Origin: Candidatus Cloacimonadota bacterium
Lineage (GTDB): Bacteria > Cloacimonadota > Cloacimonadia > Cloacimonadales > TCS61
Assembly (NCBI GenBank): GCA_021734245.1
Contig: JAIPJH010000005.1
Span: 2,606 to 66,605 of the forward strand
Reading direction: 5' to 3'
Length of the DNA: 64,000 bases
Shown: one piece after another, positions 1 through 8,589 of the stretch
Layout: the number at the start of each line of letters is the position of its first letter
Position numbering within the stretch: the stretch's first letter is position 1
The notes under the pieces: generated by a model
The model's database searches: none
The model's input: only the letters and a program-made list of their open reading frames with translations
What the model was told of the DNA's origin: nothing
Position numbers and translations under genes: made by a program

Positions 1-41
1 AAACGGAAACTCTAAAAATGCGATCTTTGTTTATATGAAAA

Positions 42-542
42 TCATCGTAATGAAGATTTTGCCAGATATATAGTCCAACCAGGATGCAGGCTGCTAATCC
101 CAAAGCAAGTCCAAGAATATTGATAACTGAATTTGCTTTTTGTTTTATGATGTTGCGGTATGCGATCTTTAAATAATTTTTGAACATAATTATCCTTCTT
201 TACTAACATAAATGTTATCAATCCGCCTAAAACCAGCAATGCCAGAACGATGATGGCAATCATTTTGATTTTTCTGGCTTCAGGAGAAAGTTCATTCCAT
301 TTGGGTCCACGGTTCCAGGTTTTGTGCTTTGTTATACCAATAATAAAAAACACTGTTCCTACAATCGTGAAAACAGGATTTCTGGTAGCAATTCCCAACG
401 GCATCCAGCAAACACCGGTTATAAAGAAAACCAGATAATTTGGTTTTAGCTGTTCACTTTTACGTCGATAAATTATCAATAAGATCATCAATAAAATTAC
501 CAGAATTGCTGCAATAATAATTATTAATTCCATTTTGCCCAC
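42..542 (-). CDS. hypothetical integral membrane protein
   Basis: 166-aa ORF with several long hydrophobic stretches (MELIIIIAAILVILLMILLII, IAIIVLALLVLGGLITFML). Its start abuts the stop of the upstream gene at 543. Confidence 0.5.
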   Translation of the reverse strand: MGKMELIIIIAAILVILLMILLIIYRRKSEQLKPNYLVFFITGVCWMPLGIATRNPVFTIVGTVFFIIGITKHKTWNRGPKWNELSPEARKIKMIAIIVLALLVLGGLITFMLVKKDNYVQKLFKDRIPQHHKTKSKFSYQYSWTCFGISSLHPGWTIYLAKSSLR

Positions 543-1199
543 CTATAGTTCAATTTTAATTTTGCACACGTCATCACCCTGCATGATCGATTCAATTAAT
601 TTCACTTTTACCGGTTTCTGCAGGATGAATTCCCAGATGTCTTTGTAAAATCCTGCTCCGCAATAGCAGTAATTGGTATCGACTGGTTCTTCCTCAGAAA
701 GTAAAACTTCTCGAATACGAGGGCAATGACAGTAATAATATTTCTTCATCTTTTCATCATCACAGGCAAAATATTTGTGGAATTCCTTAGGAATTTTTGA
801 GACTGTTACAATGTTGTCCTCCAACTTTCCCACCATTCCCATGCCAAGTTCGTTTATCATGTCGATCTGCTGGTCACTAAGCTGTTTATATTTTTTGATG
901 TAAACTTCGAAAATTCCCTGCATTTTCTGGTGAATTGTTTTGATGTCTTTGGTTCTGCAATATTCTTTGCGCAGCTCTTTCAGGTCAGTTTTAGGTCTAA
1001 GGCAGGCACAACCGCACATTACTTCTTCTATCTGCTTTTGAGTAAGTTCTTCAGACAGTTTTTCCATCATTTTTTTCGACCAGGAGATCATCGTTTCATC
1101 TTCTTTGCCGGAAATCAAACCATCAAAAAGATCTTCTCTGCCGATTTTCTGCAGAGCATTTTGTAGTTTTTGTAGCCATTGTTTTTCAAACTGTTTCAT
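543..1199 (-). CDS. cysteine-rich protein of unknown function (DUF6144-like pattern)
   Basis: 218-aa ORF with Cys clusters CGCACLRP, YYCHCPRI and NYCYCGAGFY, and a C-terminal GDDVCKIKI. The family assignment is from memory of the motif pattern only. Confidence 0.4.
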   Translation of the reverse strand: MKQFEKQWLQKLQNALQKIGREDLFDGLISGKEDETMISWSKKMMEKLSEELTQKQIEEVMCGCACLRPKTDLKELRKEYCRTKDIKTIHQKMQGIFEVYIKKYKQLSDQQIDMINELGMGMVGKLEDNIVTVSKIPKEFHKYFACDDEKMKKYYYCHCPRIREVLLSEEEPVDTNYCYCGAGFYKDIWEFILQKPVKVKLIESIMQGDDVCKIKIEL

Positions 1200-1239
1200 A
1201 TAATTTTACTCCTTTCTCACTTCTCATTACTCATCTCTA

Positions 1240-1287
1240 ACCTTTCGAAGGTCGATCTAGCAAGAAGTTCTAAAACCTTCGAAAGGT
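1240..1287. repeat. pair of reverse-complementary 13-nt TCGA-centred boxes (ACCTTTCGAAGGT / ACCTTCGAAAGGT)
   Basis: Exact 13-nt inverted match, 1240-1252 versus 1275-1287, separated by 22 nt, in the spacer between two minus-strand genes. Confidence 0.7.
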
Positions 1288-1288
1288 C

Positions 1289-3730
1289 TTATTCATATTG
1301 TAACGCTTTCACCGGATTGGAAGTAGCAGATTTCAAAGTTTGTACACTAACTGTGATAAGAGCAATTAACAGAGCCAGAATTCCCGAAGCAATGAAAATC
1401 CACAAACTCATAGAAGCTCGATAGGCAAAATTCTGCAGCCAGCCTTTCATCACAAAATAAGAAACAGGACAGGCAATCAAGAACGAAACTCCCACCAATT
1501 TTGTAAAATCCTTGGAAAGCAGTGATACGATCTGAAGAACTGAACAGCCCAGAACCTTGCGGATTCCGATCTCTTTGGTTCTCTGCTCAGCAGTGAAAGC
1601 TGCCAGCCCAAATAAACCGAGACAGGCAATAAAAATTGTGATGAACGTGAAATAGCTGAACAGAATTATCAGTTTTTCTTCACCTTGATAGAGCTGATTC
1701 AATTGATCATCTACAAAACTGAACTGGATCGGTTCATCAGGACTGAATTCACTCCATATCTCTGATATTCTATCGATGGTTTTTCGATAACCTTCGCTTT
1801 TGATGCGAACGAAAACTCGCAGTCTCTCTCTATAGCGAAACTGCATATCATCAGTAATAAGCCAAATGATAACAGGATAGATCTGTTGTCTTAACGAGTT
1901 TGCATGAAAATCTTTCACAACGCCTACAACTTCAGCAAAATTGTCATTTCCCAGACTGTCTGTAAAGGCAACAATTCGTTTACCGATCGGATTGACCCAA
2001 CCAAATTTGCGAACTGCTTCTTCATTTACCAGCACGCTTTGTGCCCAAGAGTTTTCGATCTCACGACTGAAATTTCTTCCTTCTTTCAGAGTCATCTGCA
2101 TGGTTTCCAGATATTCGAAATCGATCTGCATGAACTGGCTGCTCATCTGCTGAATATCGCCTTCTTCTGTTTCCATGCGAACCGGAGAACGATTGAATGT
2201 TGTTCCCGGCATATTGAAAGAAGCAGCTGCACTGATCACGTTGGATTCATTAGCAAGTTCCTGTTTGAAAGCCTGAATCTGCGGATACATTTGCGGATTG
2301 CCTACATCTATTGCCATCAGGTAATCTTTATTGAAACCAAGATCTTTATTTTTGGCATAATGAAGCTGTTTTATAACGATAAGCGTTCCAATGATAAGAG
2401 CAATGGAAATACTGAACTGAATAATAATAAGTATTTTCCTAAATAATGATCCTTGAGTTCCTTTGGTATTTTCTGCTTTCAGCGTGTTTACAGGTTTGAA
2501 GTGAGACAGAAAAAACGCCGGATAGATTCCAGCCAGAAATCCTACCAGCAATCCAATTAGTAAAGTTCCAATTAAATATTCCGGATTGGAGATCAGATTC
2601 AGGGAAATATCAAGTGAGGTGATCTGATTGAATACTGGCAAGAGCAGCTCTGCTAAAACAAGCGAAATTGCAGCTGCACACACTGCCATGATGATCGATT
2701 CCATCAGAAATTGTTTTATCAAAGAACCACGATTGGAACCAAAAACCTTGCGCAAACCAACTTCCCGACTGCGTCTGGCAGACCTTGCCGTAGCCAGATT
2801 CATGTAATTTATGCAGGCAATTAACAGAAGGAATATTGCAATTATACTGAAAACGTAAATATAGATTATATCGCTGTTGGGATACATTTCCCACACCAGA
2901 TCAGAATGCAGTCGGATCGATTTGATCGGCTGCAATCCCAGCACAGATGTTCCATTCAAACGATCGTAGGTTTCCTTCATATTTTCTTCTACAAAATCTG
3001 GGAATTTGGCGACCAGTTCATCAGGATCTACCCCATCTTCCAATAAAAAATATTGATAAACCTGCCAGCCGTACCAGACGTTTTCTTCGCCTTGTCGATA
3101 TGCTCCAAAACCTCCTCTCCATGGAACGAGGGCTTCATATTCGAAATGAGTTTTGCCAGGCAGATCGGAAATAACAGCCGAAACCACTACATCAACTGCA
3201 TTTTCTATTGATAATGTTTCTCCCACCACATCGCTGCGACCAAAAATTCTTTCTGCCAGACTTTCTGTGAGGATGATCGATAATTGTTCTGAAAAAGCAG
3301 TTTCTTCGGTTCCGTATAGAAACTGATTCTGGAAAACATCGAAAAAGGTTGAATCAACTGCAAAAATCTTATTTGTAGTGATGGATTGTTGCTCTAAAAA
3401 AAGATTGGCTGTATGAGTATAAAGACCGTTCACTCCGCAAACCCTTGTGTAAGCTTTTATCTCAGGATAAATCTCGCTCATTGCAGGAGAAATTGGTCGC
3501 GGAGCATTACAATATTTATCGATCTTGCCGCCCATATCATTTTCATTTGTCAGGCGATAAATATTATCAGCTTTGTGCCAGAATTTGTCGTAACTAAGTT
3601 CTGTTTGGATATATAAAAATATCAGCAAACTGCAGGTAATTCCAATTGCTAAACCTAAAATATTTAAGATGGAATAAAACTTCTGTCTTCCGATATTTCG
3701 GAGTGCTATCTTGAAATAATTTTTGAACAT
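1289..3730 (-). CDS. ABC transporter permease, FtsX/MacB type
   Basis: 813 aa. The N-terminus MFKNYFKIALRNIGRQKFYSILNILGLAIGI is typical of MacB/FtsX permeases. Two 4-TM FtsX-like modules are separated by large extracytoplasmic regions, and an ABC ATPase gene lies directly upstream. Confidence 0.9.
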   Translation of the reverse strand: MFKNYFKIALRNIGRQKFYSILNILGLAIGITCSLLIFLYIQTELSYDKFWHKADNIYRLTNENDMGGKIDKYCNAPRPISPAMSEIYPEIKAYTRVCGVNGLYTHTANLFLEQQSITTNKIFAVDSTFFDVFQNQFLYGTEETAFSEQLSIILTESLAERIFGRSDVVGETLSIENAVDVVVSAVISDLPGKTHFEYEALVPWRGGFGAYRQGEENVWYGWQVYQYFLLEDGVDPDELVAKFPDFVEENMKETYDRLNGTSVLGLQPIKSIRLHSDLVWEMYPNSDIIYIYVFSIIAIFLLLIACINYMNLATARSARRSREVGLRKVFGSNRGSLIKQFLMESIIMAVCAAAISLVLAELLLPVFNQITSLDISLNLISNPEYLIGTLLIGLLVGFLAGIYPAFFLSHFKPVNTLKAENTKGTQGSLFRKILIIIQFSISIALIIGTLIVIKQLHYAKNKDLGFNKDYLMAIDVGNPQMYPQIQAFKQELANESNVISAAASFNMPGTTFNRSPVRMETEEGDIQQMSSQFMQIDFEYLETMQMTLKEGRNFSREIENSWAQSVLVNEEAVRKFGWVNPIGKRIVAFTDSLGNDNFAEVVGVVKDFHANSLRQQIYPVIIWLITDDMQFRYRERLRVFVRIKSEGYRKTIDRISEIWSEFSPDEPIQFSFVDDQLNQLYQGEEKLIILFSYFTFITIFIACLGLFGLAAFTAEQRTKEIGIRKVLGCSVLQIVSLLSKDFTKLVGVSFLIACPVSYFVMKGWLQNFAYRASMSLWIFIASGILALLIALITVSVQTLKSATSNPVKALQYE

Positions 3731-3894
3731 TTTTTTACCTCAAAAAAAAATGTGGCGACGGCAAACCAAGAAGGAAGGAGCAAGGAAACTCAGCTTGTCA
3801 TCGTCCACAATTTATAAAATTTCAACTCATTTTTTTTATTTGCTGAATTCTTCAAAATCTGTTTTTCCTTACTTTTTTCATCAAAAGAAATACT

Positions 3895-4560
3895 TCATTG
3901 TATAACGATCCTACCATCAAGAAGATCTATAATACGATTTCCGTAGGCTGCTTTTTCTTCGGAATGTGTAACCTGAACGATGGTTGTTCCATTTTCATTC
4001 AGTTTTTTGAAAAGATCCATGATCTCTTTTCCCTGAGCCGAATTCAAGTTACCGGTCGGTTCATCTGCCAGCAGCAGGCTTGGTTTGCCGATAATAGCTC
4101 TGGCAATTCCTACCAATTGCTGCTGCCCGCCGGAAAGTTGATTGGGAAAGAGGTCTTTTTTGCCAACGATATTGAAACGATCCAAAATATCACAAACCAT
4201 TGATTTGCGTTCCGCACCTTTGATTTTCTGATACAAAAGCGGCATTTCGATGTTTTCATAAACTGTAAGTTCATCGATGAGATGATACTGCTGAAATACA
4301 AAACCAATTTCATGCTTGTGCAGGTCAGTACGTTTTTTCTCGTTAAATTTGTGAACTGGATTCTCTTTGTAATAATATTCTCCATCGTCGATTGTTTCCA
4401 GCATTCCCAAAATATAAAGCAGGGTAGATTTTCCTGCGCCGGAAGGTCCCATTACTGTGGCAAATTCACCTTCTTCGATCTTTAGATCGATGTCTCTAAG
4501 TACATAAGTTTTTACAAAATTGTTGGAATAATATTTAAATATCCCTTTCAATTCTAACAT
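3895..4560 (-). CDS. ABC transporter ATP-binding protein (MacB/LolD-like)
   Basis: Walker A GPSGAGKST, signature LSGGQQQ, Walker B LLLADEPT. Confidence 0.95.
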   Translation of the reverse strand: MLELKGIFKYYSNNFVKTYVLRDIDLKIEEGEFATVMGPSGAGKSTLLYILGMLETIDDGEYYYKENPVHKFNEKKRTDLHKHEIGFVFQQYHLIDELTVYENIEMPLLYQKIKGAERKSMVCDILDRFNIVGKKDLFPNQLSGGQQQLVGIARAIIGKPSLLLADEPTGNLNSAQGKEIMDLFKKLNENGTTIVQVTHSEEKAAYGNRIIDLLDGRIVIQ

Positions 4561-4682
4561 GCTTTCTCCTTATCCTTTTTGAATTTTCTTAATAAATGAT
4601 AAAAAAAAGGTTGCGCATTCTGGCATGATAAATAAATTATCCGTTGTGGGACGTTGAGTTAAATAGATCATTCAACTCACTT

Positions 4683-4722
4683 GAAGTCTGCTTCCTGCCC
4701 GAAGCAGACTTCGTCTTTTTTT
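4683..4722 (+). terminator. strong plus-strand intrinsic terminator with no plus-strand CDS upstream
   Basis: Perfect 12-bp stem GAAGTCTGCTTC/GAAGCAGACTTC with a 6-nt loop, followed by GTC and T7. Confidence 0.7.
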
Positions 4723-4878
4723 ATCATCTATTTTTTTCACTTATTGTCATACAATTCTGCATTTTCCATTCCAAAACTGTTTACTGCTTACATGGCAGTA
4801 CTTTATGTCATATTATAATGTCCCTGTTCCCCATAAAGTTGTTCGTTGGCGGACAGCTTTTTGTTCGTTTGTGGACAT

Positions 4879-4914
4879 AAAAAAAGGCTTCAACTGGAAA
4901 CTAGTCGAAGCCTT
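4879..4914 (-). terminator. intrinsic terminator downstream of the racemase operon
   Basis: About 10 of 11 bp stem AAGGCTTCAAC/GTCGAAGCCTT. On the minus strand it is followed by T7 (A7 on plus at 4879-4885). Confidence 0.65.
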
Positions 4915-4933
4915 TAAAGATGTATTTTTTTTT

Positions 4934-4975
4934 AATAAAGAAAATTCTTAAATTTGATTATCCCCCTGGCAGAGC
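4934..4975. repeat. dispersed repeat, copy 1 (AATAAAGAAAATTCTTAAATTTGA...TCCCCNTGGCAGAGC)
   Basis: 24-nt exact identity plus 14 of 18 following positions shared with 48675-48716. Confidence 0.85.
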
Positions 4976-4992
4976 ATCTATAAAATCAAAGA

Positions 4993-6072
4993 TTAACTGA
5001 TCTCTTTCTCGATAAATTTGGAATTCATCAATCTGGCAACAGCCATATAATTTGGCTTAAATCTAATGATTGATCCAACGTCAAATTTCTTTTGTAAAAC
5101 ACTGGTTCCCAAATCGTAAACAGTCATATCGGAGGTTGTTCCAAAAAACCTTACATTTTTATCCTTTGGTTTTATATCATCTGTATTAACGTCCAAAGCA
5201 CCGAAATCCAGGATAGCTTTATAGCTTATTGCTGAGTTTTTAGCTTCCGCAGCATGACCAACATTTCCCTCACTGAGTTTACCATCTGGTTTACTCTCTT
5301 TCTGCTCCATTTCGATAATATTGGCGTCAAATTCAAATGCTTCTGTAGAAAGATTTCTGAATTTCTTGCCAGTAAGTGGCGTTAGCCCCAGAAATGCTGC
5401 TTCACCAATCCTGAAATGATTTACCAATTTGGGAATTTTTTTTCGCGAAATCAAGGGTAAGGTAATGGAACTTCCACCGGAAATCAGGTCGATCTTACGA
5501 TCAAATTTCGCTTCGATAAGCTGTTTATATAAAGAAAGCTGGATCAGTTTGTCAAAAGTAGGTTCTACTCCGTACATGCAGCCCAGATTTGTACCAATTC
5601 CTACAACTTCAATATTGGAGAGTTCAAAACATTGGGAATAGAAATTTATCAGTTCATCTCGCATCACACCTTCCCGCAATTCTCCCATTTCAATCATGAT
5701 AATAACTTTATGCAGTTTTTTCTGTCTTTTGGCTTCTTCATTCAAAGCCTCCAATGTATTCAAGGAAGTATTTAAAGAGAAATCAGCAACATCAATAACT
5801 GTTTTTATGTTCTGAATAGCAGGTGGTTTTATGTACATCGTTTTGATATCGGGAGCAAGTTCTCTGATATTCTTTAGATTGGAAAGACGGGAATCTGCAA
5901 CAGAATGAGTTTTTTTTACAGTAGAAGATTTCAGGATTGGTTTTAAAATTTCTTTATGACCGGAAAGAACCTTAGCAGTTAAACTCCAAGTAATATTATT
6001 TTTTTCCAGATAATCTGAAAGTTTTTCAATATTTGAGATTATCTTCTTGGTACGAACCAATAATTTTGCCAT
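4993..6072 (-). CDS. alanine/ornithine racemase family PLP-dependent enzyme
   Basis: 359 aa with an alanine-racemase-like N-terminal barrel pattern (TAKVLSG lysine region, IMIEMGELREG, GIGTNLGC) and a C-terminal beta domain. Confidence 0.6.
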   Translation of the reverse strand: MAKLLVRTKKIISNIEKLSDYLEKNNITWSLTAKVLSGHKEILKPILKSSTVKKTHSVADSRLSNLKNIRELAPDIKTMYIKPPAIQNIKTVIDVADFSLNTSLNTLEALNEEAKRQKKLHKVIIMIEMGELREGVMRDELINFYSQCFELSNIEVVGIGTNLGCMYGVEPTFDKLIQLSLYKQLIEAKFDRKIDLISGGSSITLPLISRKKIPKLVNHFRIGEAAFLGLTPLTGKKFRNLSTEAFEFDANIIEMEQKESKPDGKLSEGNVGHAAEAKNSAISYKAILDFGALDVNTDDIKPKDKNVRFFGTTSDMTVYDLGTSVLQKKFDVGSIIRFKPNYMAVARLMNSKFIEKEIS

Positions 6073-6075
6073 GAC

Positions 6076-6510
6076 TTAATCCTTTTTCTGATAACGCATT
6101 TCTGCGTATTTGCTGCTGAAACCAATACGTTCATACAATCTTTTTGCAGGATTGTCATATTCTACGTGCAAAGCAACATCTCCATTAGTTTCAGCAATGG
6201 CTTTTTCAATTAATTTTCCGCCTATTCCTTTACCTCTCATTTTTGAATCTACAGCTACATAAACCAGGAAATTTTCTGGTATGTAGCCACTCATTCCTGT
6301 TTGGATCATCACGACAATTCCAACCAGCTGCTCGGCTTCCTTAGCAAGAAGAATAAAACCGCCTTCACTTTTTTGGGTTGAAAAAACATAATCCAAACAT
6401 TTGTTGATGTCTTCCTTAGAATCGCGAAATCGATCTAAATGTTTATATAAAAAATCTACTACCATTTCTCGAGTTACATTGTCTTCTGTTGAAAACAAAT
6501 TAAATTTCAA
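6076..6510 (-). CDS. GNAT family N-acetyltransferase
   Basis: 144 aa with the acetyl-CoA binding motif RGKGIGGKLIEKAI and the tail YERIGF. Confidence 0.85.
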   Translation of the reverse strand: MKFNLFSTEDNVTREMVVDFLYKHLDRFRDSKEDINKCLDYVFSTQKSEGGFILLAKEAEQLVGIVVMIQTGMSGYIPENFLVYVAVDSKMRGKGIGGKLIEKAIAETNGDVALHVEYDNPAKRLYERIGFSSKYAEMRYQKKD

Positions 6511-6684
6511 AATACCACCTCTGTTAGTTTTTTATAATTTTTTGTTGATTGTTAACCGACATTAAAATAGTAAGTTACGAATATATCTTTCATATGTTCA
6601 ATAAAATTGTGGGTACTTTGGGTGTCAAGCAATCTATTTGTTTGACCTAAGTCAAACTATTACAATGTTAAAATTCAATAATTA

Positions 6685-7503
6685 TTATCTATAAAGGTTA
6701 TTCACCGATCCTGCTGCCATGCAAAGTGTCATTAAGTAGCGATATAAAGTTTGCATATCTTTTGATTCAAAGATCAAAGTTCTGGGATCTAACAATTCTA
6801 CTCCTGGCACCATTGCACAGGCATAAGCGATGTTAGTGTCGATGCCTTGTATTTTGCAGGAATAATTATCGGAAAGCTGGTAAAAATAGTTTGGAAATGA
6901 AGTGAGCTTTTTTCCTGATTCAAATAATTTCTTCAAAATTTCCTGATGTGAATAGAGTTCTGCTGCATAACGGGAAATGGCTTTTTTGGAAACCAGGATT
7001 TTGATTTCCTGGTCAACATTTTCGTGCAGCCAGTTTGATGTAATATCATCGGTATATACAAACTGCAGAGGAACACCAATTTCAGCAGCCGTCATAGCAT
7101 TGATGCAGATTTCACTAACTTTATTGCCATTGATCTCTACTGAATAAAATGACGATGCAGAATATGTGTGATCCATGTTTCCCGGCATTCCAACCGGAGC
7201 ATGATACCCAAAAAGGATCAATGAATCAAAACTTTTGTCCAAGCCTTCGATCATGTAATATGTGCGAGGATAACCTTTGATGAGCCTGGTATTGCCGACC
7301 AGTTTTTCCCAGATCAGATTATCGCCGTTGGCATGAGAATCGGCAACCACAACTTCAGCTTCAGGTTCAGAGTCAAATATTCCTTTTAGAAAAGAATTCA
7401 TCTGCTCAGTTGCCAGTTGATTAAAACGTTGATTTCCATAAGTTTCCTGCCAGTTTGTAACTCCTGCCAATCCTTCATAATCAAAAGAAATATAGTATTT
7501 CAT
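6685..7503 (-). CDS. M55 family metallopeptidase (D-aminopeptidase DppA-like)
   Basis: N-terminus MKYYISFDYEGLAGV and the ADSHANGDN motif. The start was chosen at the ATG preceded by GGAGGG. Confidence 0.75.
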   Translation of the reverse strand: MKYYISFDYEGLAGVTNWQETYGNQRFNQLATEQMNSFLKGIFDSEPEAEVVVADSHANGDNLIWEKLVGNTRLIKGYPRTYYMIEGLDKSFDSLILFGYHAPVGMPGNMDHTYSASSFYSVEINGNKVSEICINAMTAAEIGVPLQFVYTDDITSNWLHENVDQEIKILVSKKAISRYAAELYSHQEILKKLFESGKKLTSFPNYFYQLSDNYSCKIQGIDTNIAYACAMVPGVELLDPRTLIFESKDMQTLYRYLMTLCMAAGSVNNLYR

Positions 7504-7653
7504 TTTACCCTCCACTTTTTTTAACAAACTATGAAAGTTTGATATTTATTAATGAACAAAACGTCAATCGGAAAAAATTGAAAAAAACATCCTGCTTGAC
7601 CAAAATTGATTCCATCTGCACTCTGCATATCAATATTTTTGGAGTGAATTTTT

Positions 7654-8589
7654 ATGAATATTGGTAAGTTGATCTTAAAAAAACCCTACAAACATTTTTT
7701 TGTTTCTCAGGAGCAATATATTGCAGAAACAGATGAACTTTCATCCTCCAAAATTAAACATTATTATGTTCACCCCAACCGAAAATATCTGGAATTAGAT
7801 ATAAAAGAAAATTACAGATTCGATAAGAATGGAATTCCGGTTGTATCGTTTCCTGGAATTTCTGAAGATCAATACAATCCTGTTACGATAGCACAATATG
7901 CTCTTGCTGTCTGGGAATTGGAACTTCCAAAATCAAAACCAGATTTTGGAATATTTTTGAAGCTTTCCAACTGGTTTATCCAAAATCATGAAAATGGAAA
8001 ATGGCAATATTTATACGAAGATAAAATCTCTAATCTTCCCTATGGCTGGATCTCCGGAATGGCACAGGGACAGGGAATTTCAGTTCTCTTGAGAGCTTAT
8101 TCTGTTGATAAGAAAAAAAAACATCTGGAAGTTTGCGATCAAGCTATTCAATATTTTCAAAAATCAATGGCAGATGATGGAGTAGCATATAAATTTGAGG
8201 CTGCGAATTGGTGGTTCGAAGAATATCCAAATCCCAATAATCCAGGGCATGTTTTCAATGGTCATATCTTTGCTTTATTTGGAATCTGGGATCATTTTCG
8301 CATCACCAGAAATGAAAATTCCAAACTGCTTTTCGATAAAGGTGTGAATGGAATTATCGATCAACTTGAAAAATATGATAACGGCTGGTGGGCACTTTAT
8401 GATCAAAGATTCAAAGGTGTTTTGAATGCTTCTTATCTCGATCTGCAAATACGGCAGTTGGAAGTATTAAACGCTATCCGCCCTGAACCTGTTTTACAAA
8501 AATATATCGCTCGCTGGAAGAAATATCTCACAGACCATCACAAACTGGTAAAACTAACCTGTAAGAGATTAATTCAAAAATTATTCTGA
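7654..8589 (+). CDS. D-glucuronyl C5-epimerase C-terminal domain family protein
   Basis: GWISGMAQGQGISVLLRAY, FEEYP, VFNGHIFALFGIWD and YD.GWWALYD match my memory of the C5-epimerase C-terminal domain. No signal peptide. Confidence 0.6.
   Translation: MNIGKLILKKPYKHFFVSQEQYIAETDELSSSKIKHYYVHPNRKYLELDIKENYRFDKNGIPVVSFPGISEDQYNPVTIAQYALAVWELELPKSKPDFGIFLKLSNWFIQNHENGKWQYLYEDKISNLPYGWISGMAQGQGISVLLRAYSVDKKKKHLEVCDQAIQYFQKSMADDGVAYKFEAANWWFEEYPNPNNPGHVFNGHIFALFGIWDHFRITRNENSKLLFDKGVNGIIDQLEKYDNGWWALYDQRFKGVLNASYLDLQIRQLEVLNAIRPEPVLQKYIARWKKYLTDHHKLVKLTCKRLIQKLF

Noticed and set aside
1904-2446. Long antisense ORFs inside well-supported genes. Examples: 1904..2446, 12134..12913, 16851..17240, 19031..19426, 43233..43706, 56307..56786 and 56820..57458.
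   Set aside because: Each overlaps a gene with clear family motifs on the opposite strand. Their translations are low-complexity or Phe/Ile/Lys-rich, as expected for antisense frames of AT-rich coding DNA.
4839-4869. Direct repeat TTGTTCGTT x2 with 22-nt spacing, as a possible response-regulator binding site.
   Set aside because: A 9-nt direct repeat within 30 nt is expected several times by chance in a window of this size, and there is no supporting context.
4961-4975. The TGGCAG in the dispersed repeat as a sigma-54 (-24/-12) promoter.
   Set aside because: The required TTGC(A/T) element at the -12 position is absent in both copies (TGGCAGAGCATCTA and TGGCAGAGCCAAGG).
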